Below the pieces are notes generated by a model, which was given only the letters and a program-made list of their open reading frames with translations, was not told where the DNA came from and made no database searches. From the NCBI GenBank assembly GCA_045654185.1, contig JAZOMY010000022.1, positions 4,891 through 68,890 on the forward strand: a stretch of DNA of 64,000 nt. The letters are read 5' to 3'. Both the position numbers and the translations under genes were made by a program. Positions 17,546-28,104 of the stretch are shown here, in pieces (within the stretch, counting starts at the first letter, position 1; each line of letters opens with the position of its first letter). This DNA is from Ruminococcus sp. (GTDB lineage: Bacteria > Bacillota > Clostridia > Oscillospirales > Acutalibacteraceae).

Positions 17546-19930
17546 ATGGATATTTTATCGAAAATCAAATCCTCGCTTCTGTATTTTGACGGTGCCATGG
17601 GCACAGAGCTTCAGAAGCGCGGACTTAAAACAGGTGAGCTTCCCGAGGAGCTTTCCCTCACTTCCCCCGAAATTATCGAGGCGGTACACCTCTCATATCT
17701 TGAGGCAGGTTGCGACGTTATCAAGACCAACACCTTTGGAATCAACTCCCTGAAGTTTCCAAAGGAAAAACTCCCTCTCCTTGTGGATGCGGCGCTCAGC
17801 TGTGCCGAAAACGCCATCAAGAAAGCAGGGGGCAAAAAGCGCTACATTGCTCTGGATATGGGTCCGCTTGGCAAAATTCTCAAGCCCTTCGGCGACCTTC
17901 CCTTTGAGGAGGCGGTGGCTCTCTTTGCCGAGGTAATCCGCCTTGGAGAAAGCCGCGCAGACTGCATCCTCCTGGAGACTATGAACGATGCCTACGAGAC
18001 CAAAGCGGCAGTCCTTGCGGCAAAGGAAAATTCCTCTCTCCCCATATTCGTCACCAATGTCTACGACGAAAAAGAGAAGCTTATGACGGGTGCGGATGCG
18101 CTCTCTATGATAGCCCTTCTGGAGGGACTGGGCGTGGATGCTCTGGGCCTCAACTGCTCCCTGGGACCCGAGAAGATGAACAAGGTGCTGAAAACCTTTG
18201 CAAAATACAGTTCTCTCCCCCTGATTATCAGCCCCAATGCAGGTCTGCCCCGTACAGAAAACGGCAAAACCGTCTACGATATAACCCCCGAAGCCTTTGC
18301 CGCGGAAATGAAAAACGCGGTACTTATCGGCGCTCACGGTCTGGGCGGTTGTTGCGGCACAAACCCCGACTACATCCGCGCTCTTATAGAAGCCGTTTCC
18401 GATATGACACCCCAACCCATTTCCCCAAAAAGCCACTGTCTTGTCTCCTCCTACACCCACGCGGTTGAGTTCTCCGATTCCCCCGTAGTCATCGGCGAGC
18501 GCATCAACCCCACAGGCAAAAAGCGGGTTAAAGAAGCCCTCAAGGAAGGCGACCTTGCCTTTATTCTCCGTGAGGGTGTGTATCAGCAGCAGGCAGGCGC
18601 CGCTATTCTCGACGTCAACTGCGGTCTGCCCGAAATCTCGGAGAAAGACGTCCTCAGAAACGTCGTGGAAAATCTTCAGGCGGTTTGCGATGCACCCTTG
18701 CAGATTGACACAGGTGACAAAGAAGCCCTTGAAGCAGCACTGCGAATCTACAACGGCAAAGCGGTTATCAACTCCGTAAACGGCAAAGAGGAGTCTATGC
18801 ACTCCGTCTTCCCCCTTGTCAAAAAATACGGCGGCGTGGTGGTTGCCCTCACTCTGGACGAAAAAGGTATTCCCGAAACTGCCGTGGAAAGAGTGAAAAT
18901 TGCCGAGAAAATCATCGACACCGCCAAGAGTTACGGCATAGATAAGAAGGATATCATTGTTGATACCCTGACTATGGCTATAAGCACCAACATAAATTCC
19001 GCAGACATCACCCTGAAAGCCATTCGGATGCTTCACGAAAAAGGTATCCGCACTGTGCTGGGTGTTTCCAATATTTCCTTCGGACTGCCTCACCGCGACT
19101 GGGTAAACTCCAGATTTTTCGCGAAGGCTCTGGCAGAGGGTCTCTCCTCCGCCATTATGAATCCCCACTCCGTGAATATGAAAAACGCCCTCAGAAACTA
19201 CAAATCCGAGAGCATCTGCGACGAATATATAACCTTTGCCAAAGACCTCACCGACGAGGTTATGGCTATGGAGGGTATTGCCCCCGTCACCGCCGACAGT
19301 TCAGGAATAGACCTGAAAAGTGCGGTTGAAGCAGGTCTCTGCGAAGAAAGCGGTAAACTGGCAAAAGAACTCCTGACAGACACCCCTCCCCTCACCGTCA
19401 TAAACGATTATATCGTACCTGCTCTTGACAAAGTAGGTGCCGGTTTCGAGGCAGGCAAGGTTTATCTTCCCTCTCTGCTGATGAGCGCCGAAGCCGCAAA
19501 AGCCGCTTTTGACGCAGTAAAAGATACACTTTTATCCAGCGGAGAGAGCCACACTCCCAAGGACAAAATTGTTATCGCCACAGTCAAGGGCGATATCCAC
19601 GATATCGGCAAAAACATAGTAAAAATCCTTCTGGAAAACTACGGCTACAAGGTTGTGGACCTTGGCAAGGATGTCGCTCCCGAAATCATTCTGAACACCG
19701 CCAAAGAGGAAGGCGCCGAGCTTGTGGCACTTTCTGCTCTGATGACCACCACCGTCCCCGCTATGGAGGAAACCGTAAAGCTCATTCACGAAAACCTCCC
19801 CCACACAAAAGTTATGGTGGGCGGTGCAGTGCTGAGCCGTGAATATGCGGATATGATATCTGCCGACTTCTACTCCAAAGATGCTATGGGCGCGGTGCGA
19901 ATCGCAGAAAAACTCTTTGCATCCAATTAA
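17546..19930 (+). CDS. metH: Cobalamin-dependent methionine synthase (Hcy, folate and B12 domains; no activation domain)
   Basis: FDGAMGT, GLNCSLGP, GGCCGT, IGERINPTG and the B12-binding DIHDIGKNIV...LSALMTTT motif. Confidence 0.92.
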   Translation: MDILSKIKSSLLYFDGAMGTELQKRGLKTGELPEELSLTSPEIIEAVHLSYLEAGCDVIKTNTFGINSLKFPKEKLPLLVDAALSCAENAIKKAGGKKRYIALDMGPLGKILKPFGDLPFEEAVALFAEVIRLGESRADCILLETMNDAYETKAAVLAAKENSSLPIFVTNVYDEKEKLMTGADALSMIALLEGLGVDALGLNCSLGPEKMNKVLKTFAKYSSLPLIISPNAGLPRTENGKTVYDITPEAFAAEMKNAVLIGAHGLGGCCGTNPDYIRALIEAVSDMTPQPISPKSHCLVSSYTHAVEFSDSPVVIGERINPTGKKRVKEALKEGDLAFILREGVYQQQAGAAILDVNCGLPEISEKDVLRNVVENLQAVCDAPLQIDTGDKEALEAALRIYNGKAVINSVNGKEESMHSVFPLVKKYGGVVVALTLDEKGIPETAVERVKIAEKIIDTAKSYGIDKKDIIVDTLTMAISTNINSADITLKAIRMLHEKGIRTVLGVSNISFGLPHRDWVNSRFFAKALAEGLSSAIMNPHSVNMKNALRNYKSESICDEYITFAKDLTDEVMAMEGIAPVTADSSGIDLKSAVEAGLCEESGKLAKELLTDTPPLTVINDYIVPALDKVGAGFEAGKVYLPSLLMSAEAAKAAFDAVKDTLLSSGESHTPKDKIVIATVKGDIHDIGKNIVKILLENYGYKVVDLGKDVAPEIILNTAKEEGAELVALSALMTTTVPAMEETVKLIHENLPHTKVMVGGAVLSREYADMISADFYSKDAMGAVRIAEKLFASN

Positions 19931-19946
19931 ATAAACGGACACAGAA

Positions 19947-19978
19947 AAAGCCTTCGGCAACCAGATGCCGAAGGCTTT
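19947..19978. terminator. Bidirectional terminator
   Basis: AAAGCCTTCGGCA/TGCCGAAGGCTTT inverted repeat. Confidence 0.8.
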
Positions 19979-19995
19979 CTTATGCTTTTTATCCC

Positions 19996-20907
19996 TTATG
20001 TTGCCGCCGCAAGAAGGGTCAGGCGGGTGTTTGCGAAATCCACCGCGTCGTAAAAATCCCGACATATATGGGAAAAATCCGCATTTTCCTCCCTCACAAG
20101 TTCCACGCAGAGCCCCACTTTACCGAAACGGTGCCGAAACCAATTCTCAAATCCACCCGAGTACAGCCTTACGTCCCGACTCACCGCCTCCAGAGAGTAT
20201 CCGCACAGAAGGGAAAGCCTGCGGCTTATCTCCTCGTCGCAAGGAACCTCGCCGTTTTCCTCGTCGCGCCAATAGAGAGTACCGCCACGACAATGAAAAC
20301 TCAAAAGCATCTCAAAGGAATTCTCCTCGCAGAGTTGCATCAGGATTTTTGTCTCGGTTTCACTTGCCGCACTCTCGCCGCCTGCGCGGTCTTTTGCCAC
20401 GCTCTCCCACAAAAAAGGAAAATTTGCGTTAAGATTCACATTCCTTGAATTATTCTTGAAAAGTCCTGCCTCGCCTTTGTATTCATCGGGAGGGGTGTGC
20501 AGTCCGCGGGCAATGGTCATACCGTCGGGATTTGCAAGGGGCACGCAGTAAAATGTGTTATCCCTCAGGATTTTCCGCAGAGAAAATCCGCCGTACAGTC
20601 TGTTTTTGTCTGCTGCTTCGGCATATTCCTCCACGCACCTGGCAAGGTACCCTGTCGTCACGTATTCCCTGCCGTGCATACCTGCCACGGCAAGGATTTT
20701 CCTCTCACCGCACCCAAGGTTGATGAGGGGAATGGGATAACCGAGTGGGCTTATCCCAAGGATGCTCATTTTCACCAGAGCAGGGTATCTTTTGCAGATT
20801 TTCTCTGCATCCCTGACGAGTCTCTCGGGGGTATATGGCAAAGTCGGGTCTGTGACAAAACCTTTTTCCCTTGTCCTGGCAGGACAGAATATTTCTTTCA
20901 TAATCAA
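19996..20907 (-). CDS. M14-family zinc carboxypeptidase (gamma-D-Glu-mDAP peptidase-like)
   Basis: GMHGREY (HxxE), PLANPDG, VNLNANFP, LSFH and CVE motifs. Confidence 0.75.
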   Translation of the reverse strand: MIMKEIFCPARTREKGFVTDPTLPYTPERLVRDAEKICKRYPALVKMSILGISPLGYPIPLINLGCGERKILAVAGMHGREYVTTGYLARCVEEYAEAADKNRLYGGFSLRKILRDNTFYCVPLANPDGMTIARGLHTPPDEYKGEAGLFKNNSRNVNLNANFPFLWESVAKDRAGGESAASETETKILMQLCEENSFEMLLSFHCRGGTLYWRDEENGEVPCDEEISRRLSLLCGYSLEAVSRDVRLYSGGFENWFRHRFGKVGLCVELVREENADFSHICRDFYDAVDFANTRLTLLAAAT

Positions 20908-20967
20908 CGACAGCTCCTTTTTATACTTGTCTTTAATGATTATGAAAAATTCTCTGTGAAAATCCCT

Positions 20968-21429
20968 TTACTTTCTATTTCTCAGTTCATTTATATATTT
21001 CTCTGTGAGTTCTGCGCTGAGAGCCACAAGTTCGGCACAGGGGCGCTTCTTATAGTACTCCTCTGTCCTTGCCTCGGGAGCAGGTGCGGAGCACTTCTCT
21101 TGCAGAGACAGAAGTTCCCGACAGATTATACTGCCCGTCTCGCTCTCGTACATATCATAAAAAGCGCGGATTTCTTCATAAAGTTTCTTTTTTGAATCTG
21201 TACAGTCCGCATCGCTGTATCCTCGCTCCAGAGAAAGCACCATAGTGGCACCGCTTATTGCGCCGCAGACTTCGCGTCTTCTGGCAAAGCCTCCGCCGAA
21301 GCCGCCCGAGAGCATCATTCCCTGACTCAGGGAAATGCCGTAATCCTCACAAAAAGCTCCGAATACCGCCTGAGAGCAGTTATAGCCCGACAAGAATAAC
21401 TCTTTTGCAATTTCAGCCTTTGTTTTCAT
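20968..21429 (-). CDS. C-GCAxxG-C-C family protein
   Basis: YNCSQAV, CGAISG, IICRELL and RPC cysteine pattern. Confidence 0.85.
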   Translation of the reverse strand: MKTKAEIAKELFLSGYNCSQAVFGAFCEDYGISLSQGMMLSGGFGGGFARRREVCGAISGATMVLSLERGYSDADCTDSKKKLYEEIRAFYDMYESETGSIICRELLSLQEKCSAPAPEARTEEYYKKRPCAELVALSAELTEKYINELRNRK

Positions 21430-21515
21430 ATCAATCTCTCCGTATCTTTTTAATTCTACGGATAATTATATACCAAACAGGAAGGCCAGAGCAACCTTTT
21501 GCGGGATTTATTCTT

Positions 21516-22847
21516 TTACTTTTTCTCCCTTACATCTCTCACCGCAGGAGAAAACTCCACCTTGCCGCCGCAGGAAAACTGCGAGCCGTGACAAGGACAC
21601 TCCAGAGTTCCATCGTCGCGGTTGAGATGAAGTTTTGCTCCCAGATGGGTACACCGCTCCTCCCGCTTTGAAAACATACCTCGGCTTATCCCCACAACCG
21701 CGTGTGCCGCATCCTCAAAAAAAGGCACCGCCGCAGCCCTCAGATGGGTTCTGATGGGGGAATACAGCTTCTCATATTTATTTTCGCAACCGCAAATCAG
21801 GTCGGGGATGAGATTACTTGCCACCGCAGACAGGCTCATTCCCCATTTGTTGAAGCCCGTTGCCACAAACACTCTGGGGGAAAAGATGCTGTATCTGCCG
21901 ATGAAGGGAAGTCCGTCGTGAGTTATTACATCCTGATTTGACCAGCAGGTGATAACCTCTGACTTCGGATAATACCGTTTCGCAGTGGTGAGAAGATTCA
22001 TATAGCATCCGCCCTTTTGGTTATAGCCTGTGCGGTGCCCCATTCCCCCCACAATAACACCCCTGTCAAAACTGCGGATGCTCAAATTATCGTCAATGCC
22101 CAGATAGGCTCTCTCCGGCTTCGCATCTGTACCCAGTGCCAGAGCATAACTCCGGTACTGGTGCTGTCTGAGAAAATAAAAGCCGGGGATATTCATAAAA
22201 GGATAATGCGTGGCGCAAATAATATAATTTGTCCGCACCACCCCCTTAGCGGTTGTCACCTTGCCGTCCTCGATGGACACCACCGGACTTTTTTCATATA
22301 TTTTCAAATCTTTGCCCAGTGCGGATGCAAACTTCAGCGGATGAAACTCCGCCTGATTTTTCATTTCAACTGCACCTTTCACCTCAAAAGGCAGGTCCCG
22401 CGGGTGAATTATCTCCCCTTCTATCCTCAACTTCTCCAGCGCCCGCATTTCCTTAATAATTGCAGAAACATCACCTCTACCGTAGACCGCCGTGGAGATA
22501 TCGGAAAAGTCGCAGTCCATATCCCTCTCCCTCACAAGTCTGCGGATTTTCTCGACCCCCTCCCGATTACTGTCATAATACAGTCTTGCGGTCATGGGGC
22601 TGATTTTTTGGGATAGTTTGCTGTAAATAAGTCCGTGCTGGGCGGTGAGTTTCGCAGTTGTGCCGCGGGTAGCACCCGAGAGCATCCTGTCCGCCTCCAG
22701 CACTACCACACCGAAGCCCCGCTTCTCAAGCTCTGCGGCTATCATTATTCCCGCAAGTCCTCCGCCGATAACCGTACAGTCCGCTACCTCCGCACCTTTC
22801 AGCTTTTTACGCGGCGGAAGGTTTACATTTTCCCAGATTGTCGCCAT
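21516..22847 (-). CDS. FAD-dependent oxidoreductase with a C-terminal Rieske [2Fe-2S] domain (YhfW-like)
   Basis: VIGGGLAG, GTTAKLT, DGLPFIG, ATGFNKWGMS and CTHLG...CPCHGSQF motifs. Confidence 0.85.
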   Translation of the reverse strand: MATIWENVNLPPRKKLKGAEVADCTVIGGGLAGIMIAAELEKRGFGVVVLEADRMLSGATRGTTAKLTAQHGLIYSKLSQKISPMTARLYYDSNREGVEKIRRLVRERDMDCDFSDISTAVYGRGDVSAIIKEMRALEKLRIEGEIIHPRDLPFEVKGAVEMKNQAEFHPLKFASALGKDLKIYEKSPVVSIEDGKVTTAKGVVRTNYIICATHYPFMNIPGFYFLRQHQYRSYALALGTDAKPERAYLGIDDNLSIRSFDRGVIVGGMGHRTGYNQKGGCYMNLLTTAKRYYPKSEVITCWSNQDVITHDGLPFIGRYSIFSPRVFVATGFNKWGMSLSAVASNLIPDLICGCENKYEKLYSPIRTHLRAAAVPFFEDAAHAVVGISRGMFSKREERCTHLGAKLHLNRDDGTLECPCHGSQFSCGGKVEFSPAVRDVREKK

Positions 22848-23051
22848 TTTTATCACCTCTTTCCTTATTATCGGCAGTAAAGAGGTCTCCCATTCTAAAT
22901 TATCGAATAGTTTAATTCTTTTAACTTTTATTTTTCAAACTCTCAGCATTGACGATATCTTTACTTTTTCGTTATAATGTTTTATGAAATTTTATTGAAT
23001 TGAGAGGCAAGGGTTGGTATAATAAAACAAGAATGTTTTAGGGGGATTTTT

Positions 23052-26009
23052 ATGAAACGTTATTTATGCATACTGTTTACCTTCACTATAATTATCAGCC
23101 TTTGGGGTTGTACAAAAACAGACGATTTAGCAACCTGTTCAGAAGAAAACTATTCATCTTTTGGCGAGAATTTTACAGATGTTAAAATAATCGATAACGA
23201 ATCTGCACTTAAAGCCGTAAACTCAATCTCTTCCCAATTAGGTCTTGCAAATGCTACCGAAGAACTCAAGGTAACCTACTCTACGAATGTTGGTGAAACC
23301 ACCTACTATCGTATGCAACAATACTATCAAGGATTTCCTGTATATGGTAGAACCGTTGCCCTTTCAGCAAATGATTCCGGCAACGCAACAGCTCTTACCT
23401 CCAACATAATCGGAAGACCATATAACGTTTATGGCGAACCAAACATAAATGAGACAGAAGCATACAACAAACTCATAGATTTCTATCAGGAAATCTATGA
23501 TGCTCAAATGTATGAAATAGTTGTTATTGATATTAATGATATTAAACCTCAGTTAGCCTATAGATACCTTGTTTCGGGCACTTATGATGATGAATCTGTG
23601 TATGAAGAGTGTTTTATATCCGCGGTTGATGGAAAGGTACTTTTAACGAATTCTCTCGTTTCTGAATCTGACTATAACTACCGCACAAACGATAACTCAT
23701 ATACGTTATATGACGAAAGCAGAAATATAGTCATTCTAAATTCAAACAGAAACCGTGCTTGTATTGGTAAAAGAAACGGAATAACCATATGCGCGACTTC
23801 AACAACCCATTTAGACAATTCATATTTAACCTCTCCTTTGCCAGAAAATGTTCAACTCCAGGTGTATTCTCCTTTAACATATGTTACATCTGCAACAGCA
23901 GAGTGGGATACAGAAGCAGAAAATCTGATGAAAGGAATGGAAATAACATACGATTTTTATTATCAAATCCTCTCTAGAAAAGGTTTTGATAACAATAATA
24001 CTATTCTTCCTGCTTCGTATAACGACTATTTTAAGTATAAGGGAGACAATGCGATGTGCCTGAAAGAAATCGGCAGCACCGCAACCATACTGGTGTTTGG
24101 ATATCAAAAAGACTTGTCGTGTGTTGATCTCATCGCACACGAATATGCTCATGCCGTTGAAGACCAAATTTCCTCTATGATTTATTCGGGTGAATCCGGA
24201 GCATTGGCAGAAGCTTATTCAGACATATTTGGCGAACTTGTAGAAGACTATTCCAACGACAAGATATTAAACAACAACTGTTCATGGGAACACAATTATA
24301 TAAGAAATATTGCCGAACCTTCAAAAACAAAGAACCCTTCAGAATATCAGGGCAGGTATTGGGGAAACACCTCAAAAAAAACCGATAATGGTTATGTACA
24401 TAAAAACAGCACTGTAATTTCTCATGCCGCATACCTTATGGCACAAGGTGGCATCACTGGCAATGCAGAAAAAAAGATTGATACCGCAACACTGTCTAAG
24501 CTGTGGTATCGCTCGTTGTTCTTACTACAACCCGACGCAACTTTTGCTCAATGCGCAGATGCTGTTACAACTGTTGCATCACACATGAGACTCAGTGGCG
24601 AATTGACAAGCTCACAATGTATTGGTGTCCGTGAGGCTTTTACTGAAGTTGGAATCTCCTCTGAGCTTTTCGGCTACAGAACCGTTATTCGCGGTGCCGC
24701 CCTTAACGTTGTATCTGGAAGCACCAACGAAAACTATGACAACTACCATCTTGTAATCATAAAAGATAAAAACCAAAAAACTGTAGTCGAAGAGGATGTT
24801 AATTCTCCCAATAGTTATACACTTAATTTGAGTCCCGGAAATTATACTCTACTTGTCACCGACAACGCAACAAACGATGGAGACTCTGGCAACGCGTTTA
24901 TAACACATATAACAGTTTCAGATTCAAACAACGATGATGCCAATAAGGATGTATTCATCTTTACAGACTTTGGGGGAATTAATTATCAATCTGAATATTT
25001 AGAAATTTTACACAAGTTGGAGAATACCTATGGGTACAAATTGAACGGAAATATTTTTGAAAACAATCTAAACTATGCAAGACTAATCGACTTCAACAAA
25101 GATGGTATAGATGAACTTCTCGTCGAATACACGGATAATTCCACCCAGGCCTCAAATAATCAAAGAGGAAATCCTACCTTCAGATACGAAATATGGGGAG
25201 TCGTTGATAACCAAGTTATTTGCATTGACAATGGCACCGCGCTGTGTAACGGCGGCTCTGATCTCCTCATCCAAACTGCACATTTTAAAGATAAAGTATA
25301 TTTTATCACCGGTGTTCAAGGGTACAGTACATTTTTAGAATACCGCACCTTCAACGGACTATCTTTTGAAACTGAATTCAGTTATTCTGAAACAGCAGAC
25401 ACCGTAGGCGGTACAGTTAACGGAGCCCCTGTTTCAGAAAGAGCTTTAACATCAGCGAAAGAGGATTTCTTTAACGGATTAATAGAGCTTAAAGATGAAA
25501 ATCCTGACAACAAGGTTGTTCAATCTGTTACAGAAACAAAAATTGCACTGGGAGAAAACATAGAATACAATTTTGAAAACGCAAGCTATTATAAAAAATA
25601 TCTCGACATACATATGTCATATAAATGGACCGAGTTTTCCAGTATAACTACATTTTTCTTTGATGTGAATGACGATGGAATCCAGGAAATGTTTGTTGAG
25701 TGCAGCGACGGATCTGAACCTACCCGAAAAACTACCGTATATACATGCAATAACAATGACTGTATTTATGTTGGTGAGTTCAGCGCTTGGCACACACGAT
25801 ACTACTTCGATTCCTATCAATTAATCGCCTGTCAAATAAGTTCTCCGGAAAGTTTAAAGATGGTGTTCTCTTTAAACAACAATCAACTGTTACATTCTAA
25901 CGAACTTGTTAATACCGAAGTATGGTTATCGGAAGCTCAACGTTTGTCAACTCCGAAAATGCTGGATTATAGCGGTGTTATGAGTTATCTTGCACAAAAT
26001 GCATACTAA
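23052..26009 (+). CDS. M4 (thermolysin-like) metalloprotease lipoprotein with extra C-terminal domains
   Basis: Lipobox LWGC, FTP propeptide (YRMQQYYQGFPVYG), HEYAH, GALAEAYSDIFG and DNGYVHKNS motifs; visibly AT-rich. Confidence 0.85.
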   Translation: MKRYLCILFTFTIIISLWGCTKTDDLATCSEENYSSFGENFTDVKIIDNESALKAVNSISSQLGLANATEELKVTYSTNVGETTYYRMQQYYQGFPVYGRTVALSANDSGNATALTSNIIGRPYNVYGEPNINETEAYNKLIDFYQEIYDAQMYEIVVIDINDIKPQLAYRYLVSGTYDDESVYEECFISAVDGKVLLTNSLVSESDYNYRTNDNSYTLYDESRNIVILNSNRNRACIGKRNGITICATSTTHLDNSYLTSPLPENVQLQVYSPLTYVTSATAEWDTEAENLMKGMEITYDFYYQILSRKGFDNNNTILPASYNDYFKYKGDNAMCLKEIGSTATILVFGYQKDLSCVDLIAHEYAHAVEDQISSMIYSGESGALAEAYSDIFGELVEDYSNDKILNNNCSWEHNYIRNIAEPSKTKNPSEYQGRYWGNTSKKTDNGYVHKNSTVISHAAYLMAQGGITGNAEKKIDTATLSKLWYRSLFLLQPDATFAQCADAVTTVASHMRLSGELTSSQCIGVREAFTEVGISSELFGYRTVIRGAALNVVSGSTNENYDNYHLVIIKDKNQKTVVEEDVNSPNSYTLNLSPGNYTLLVTDNATNDGDSGNAFITHITVSDSNNDDANKDVFIFTDFGGINYQSEYLEILHKLENTYGYKLNGNIFENNLNYARLIDFNKDGIDELLVEYTDNSTQASNNQRGNPTFRYEIWGVVDNQVICIDNGTALCNGGSDLLIQTAHFKDKVYFITGVQGYSTFLEYRTFNGLSFETEFSYSETADTVGGTVNGAPVSERALTSAKEDFFNGLIELKDENPDNKVVQSVTETKIALGENIEYNFENASYYKKYLDIHMSYKWTEFSSITTFFFDVNDDGIQEMFVECSDGSEPTRKTTVYTCNNNDCIYVGEFSAWHTRYYFDSYQLIACQISSPESLKMVFSLNNNQLLHSNELVNTEVWLSEAQRLSTPKMLDYSGVMSYLAQNAY

Positions 26010-26086
26010 AGTAATGTTATGAAAGATTCTTGTTGTGCAGTCGATTTATCTATGTTATAATTAATTGTTAATTTGTTTAGGAAAAG

Positions 26087-27907
26087 GTGGTCTACTTGAA
26101 GTTCGAGCAGAATAAAATAAGAAATTTCAGCATTATCGCCCACATCGACCACGGCAAATCCACCCTTGCCGACAGAATTCTGGAGGAAACAAGCTCTGTT
26201 GCCAAGAGAGAGATGCAGGACCAGATTCTGGACGATATGGAGCTTGAGAAAGAGCGCGGAATCACCATCAAGGCAAGAGCCGTTACTCTTGTCTACAAGG
26301 CTGACGACGGCGAAGAATATCTCTTCAACCTCATCGACACCCCCGGCCACGTGGACTTCAACTATGAAGTTTCCCGTTCACTTGCCGCCTGCGAAGGCGC
26401 TGTGCTGGTAGTTGATGCCACTCAGGGTATTGAGGCGCAGACTCTCGCCAACACCTATCTTGCCGTTGATTCGGGACTTGAAATTGTCCCCGTTGTCAAC
26501 AAAATCGACCTTATCAGCGCTGACCCGAAGCGCATTAAAAACGAAATAGAGGATATTATCGGCATTCCCGCACAGGATGCACCCGAAATCTCTGCAAAGC
26601 AGGGCATCAACATCCACAGCGTTATGGAGAAAATCGTCTCCGACGTGCCTGCACCCACAGGTGATATTGATGCTCCTCTGAGAGCGATGATTTTCGACAG
26701 TTACTACGACAGCTACAAGGGCGTTATCATCTACGTCCGGGTAAAAGAGGGCAAAATCTCTGTTGGTGACGAGTTCAAGCTGATGCAGACAGGCTCCACC
26801 TTCTCGGTTGTGGAATGCGGCCACATGGGCGCCACCGCCCTCTCTCCCAGAGACACTCTCTATGCAGGTGAGGTTGGCTACATCACTGCCTCCATCAAAA
26901 CTCTGGGCGATGCCAAGGTAGGCGATACCGTAACCCTCACCTCAAATCCTGCGGAATTCCCCCTCCCCGGCTACCGTGAGATTCAGTCAATGGTATACTG
27001 CGGTGTTTATCCTGCTGACGGCGCACGTTACGGTGATCTCCGCGACGCTCTGGAGAAACTCAAACTCAACGACGCATCCCTTACCTACGAGCCCGAAACA
27101 TCCGTTGCTCTGGGCTTCGGCTTCCGTTGCGGTTTCCTTGGTCTGCTGCACATGGAGATTATTCAGGAACGACTGGAGAGAGAGTTCAACCTTGACCTTA
27201 TCACCACCGCACCCAGCGTCAGCTATCGCATCACCTTCTCCGACGGAGAGGTCAAGATGATAGACAACCCCACAAACTATCCCGACCCCTCCCTTATTGC
27301 CAGCGCCGAGGAACCCTTTACCGATGCCCATATTTACTCCCCCACAGAGTACGTTGGTAACATTATGGAGCTTTGTCAGGAAAGACGCGGTGTTTTCTGC
27401 GGAATGACCTACATTGACTCCGACCGAGTTGACATCCACTATGAGCTTCCCCTGGCGGAAATTGTCTACGACTTCTTTGACACTCTGAAGTCCAGAACAA
27501 GAGGCTACGCCTCCTTTGACTATGAACTCAAAGAATACCGCCAGAGCCAGCTTGTGAAGCTCGACATTATGCTCAACGGCGAAATCGTTGACGCCCTCTC
27601 CTTCATTATCCATGCAGAGAAGGCTTACCCCAGAGCCAGAAAAATGGCGGAAAAACTTAAGGATAAAATCCCCCGTCAGCTCTTCGAAGTACCCATTCAG
27701 GCTTGCATCGGCGGCAAGATTATTGCCCGAGAAACCGTAAAAGCCCTGAGAAAAGACGTTCTTGCCAAGTGCTACGGCGGTGACATTACCCGAAAGAAGA
27801 AACTTCTGGAGAAGCAGAAGGAAGGTAAAAAGCGTATGCGCCAGCTGGGTACTGTTGAGGTACCTCAGGAGGCATTCATGGCAGTGCTCAAACTGGATAC
27901 CGAGTAA
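26087..27907 (+). CDS. lepA: Elongation factor 4 (start may be TTG at 26096)
   Basis: [39 protein letters not shown] and [13 protein letters not shown] motifs. Confidence 0.97.
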   Translation: MVYLKFEQNKIRNFSIIAHIDHGKSTLADRILEETSSVAKREMQDQILDDMELEKERGITIKARAVTLVYKADDGEEYLFNLIDTPGHVDFNYEVSRSLAACEGAVLVVDATQGIEAQTLANTYLAVDSGLEIVPVVNKIDLISADPKRIKNEIEDIIGIPAQDAPEISAKQGINIHSVMEKIVSDVPAPTGDIDAPLRAMIFDSYYDSYKGVIIYVRVKEGKISVGDEFKLMQTGSTFSVVECGHMGATALSPRDTLYAGEVGYITASIKTLGDAKVGDTVTLTSNPAEFPLPGYREIQSMVYCGVYPADGARYGDLRDALEKLKLNDASLTYEPETSVALGFGFRCGFLGLLHMEIIQERLEREFNLDLITTAPSVSYRITFSDGEVKMIDNPTNYPDPSLIASAEEPFTDAHIYSPTEYVGNIMELCQERRGVFCGMTYIDSDRVDIHYELPLAEIVYDFFDTLKSRTRGYASFDYELKEYRQSQLVKLDIMLNGEIVDALSFIIHAEKAYPRARKMAEKLKDKIPRQLFEVPIQACIGGKIIARETVKALRKDVLAKCYGGDITRKKKLLEKQKEGKKRMRQLGTVEVPQEAFMAVLKLDTE

Positions 27908-27935
27908 ATTCTATAAAAATCAGACACACAAAAGC

Positions 27936-27977
27936 AAACTACCATCCTGCGGTACAAATCAGGATGGTAGTTTTTTT
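27936..27977 (+). terminator. lepA terminator
   Basis: AAACTACCATCCTG/CAGGATGGTAGTTT inverted repeat + T-tract. Confidence 0.8.
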
Positions 27978-28010
27978 ATTTCTTAAAATCCGCCGTAATT
28001 CCCTGATAAG

Positions 28011-28043
28011 AACAACAAAGCCGCCTCTCAGAAGAGAGGCGGC
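28011..28043 (-). terminator. opp operon terminator
   Basis: GCCGCCTCTC/GAGAGGCGGC hairpin. Confidence 0.7.
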
Positions 28044-28104
28044 AGCCGTTATCTTTTATTTATCTGGTTGTCCGGTAGTCGCTGAATTTTATATCAGACG
28101 ATTA

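Noticed and set aside
16922-19930. Split MetH as a novelty or pseudogene
   Set aside because: A separate activation-domain gene is a known arrangement (e.g. Thermotoga and many Clostridia), and both ORFs are intact.
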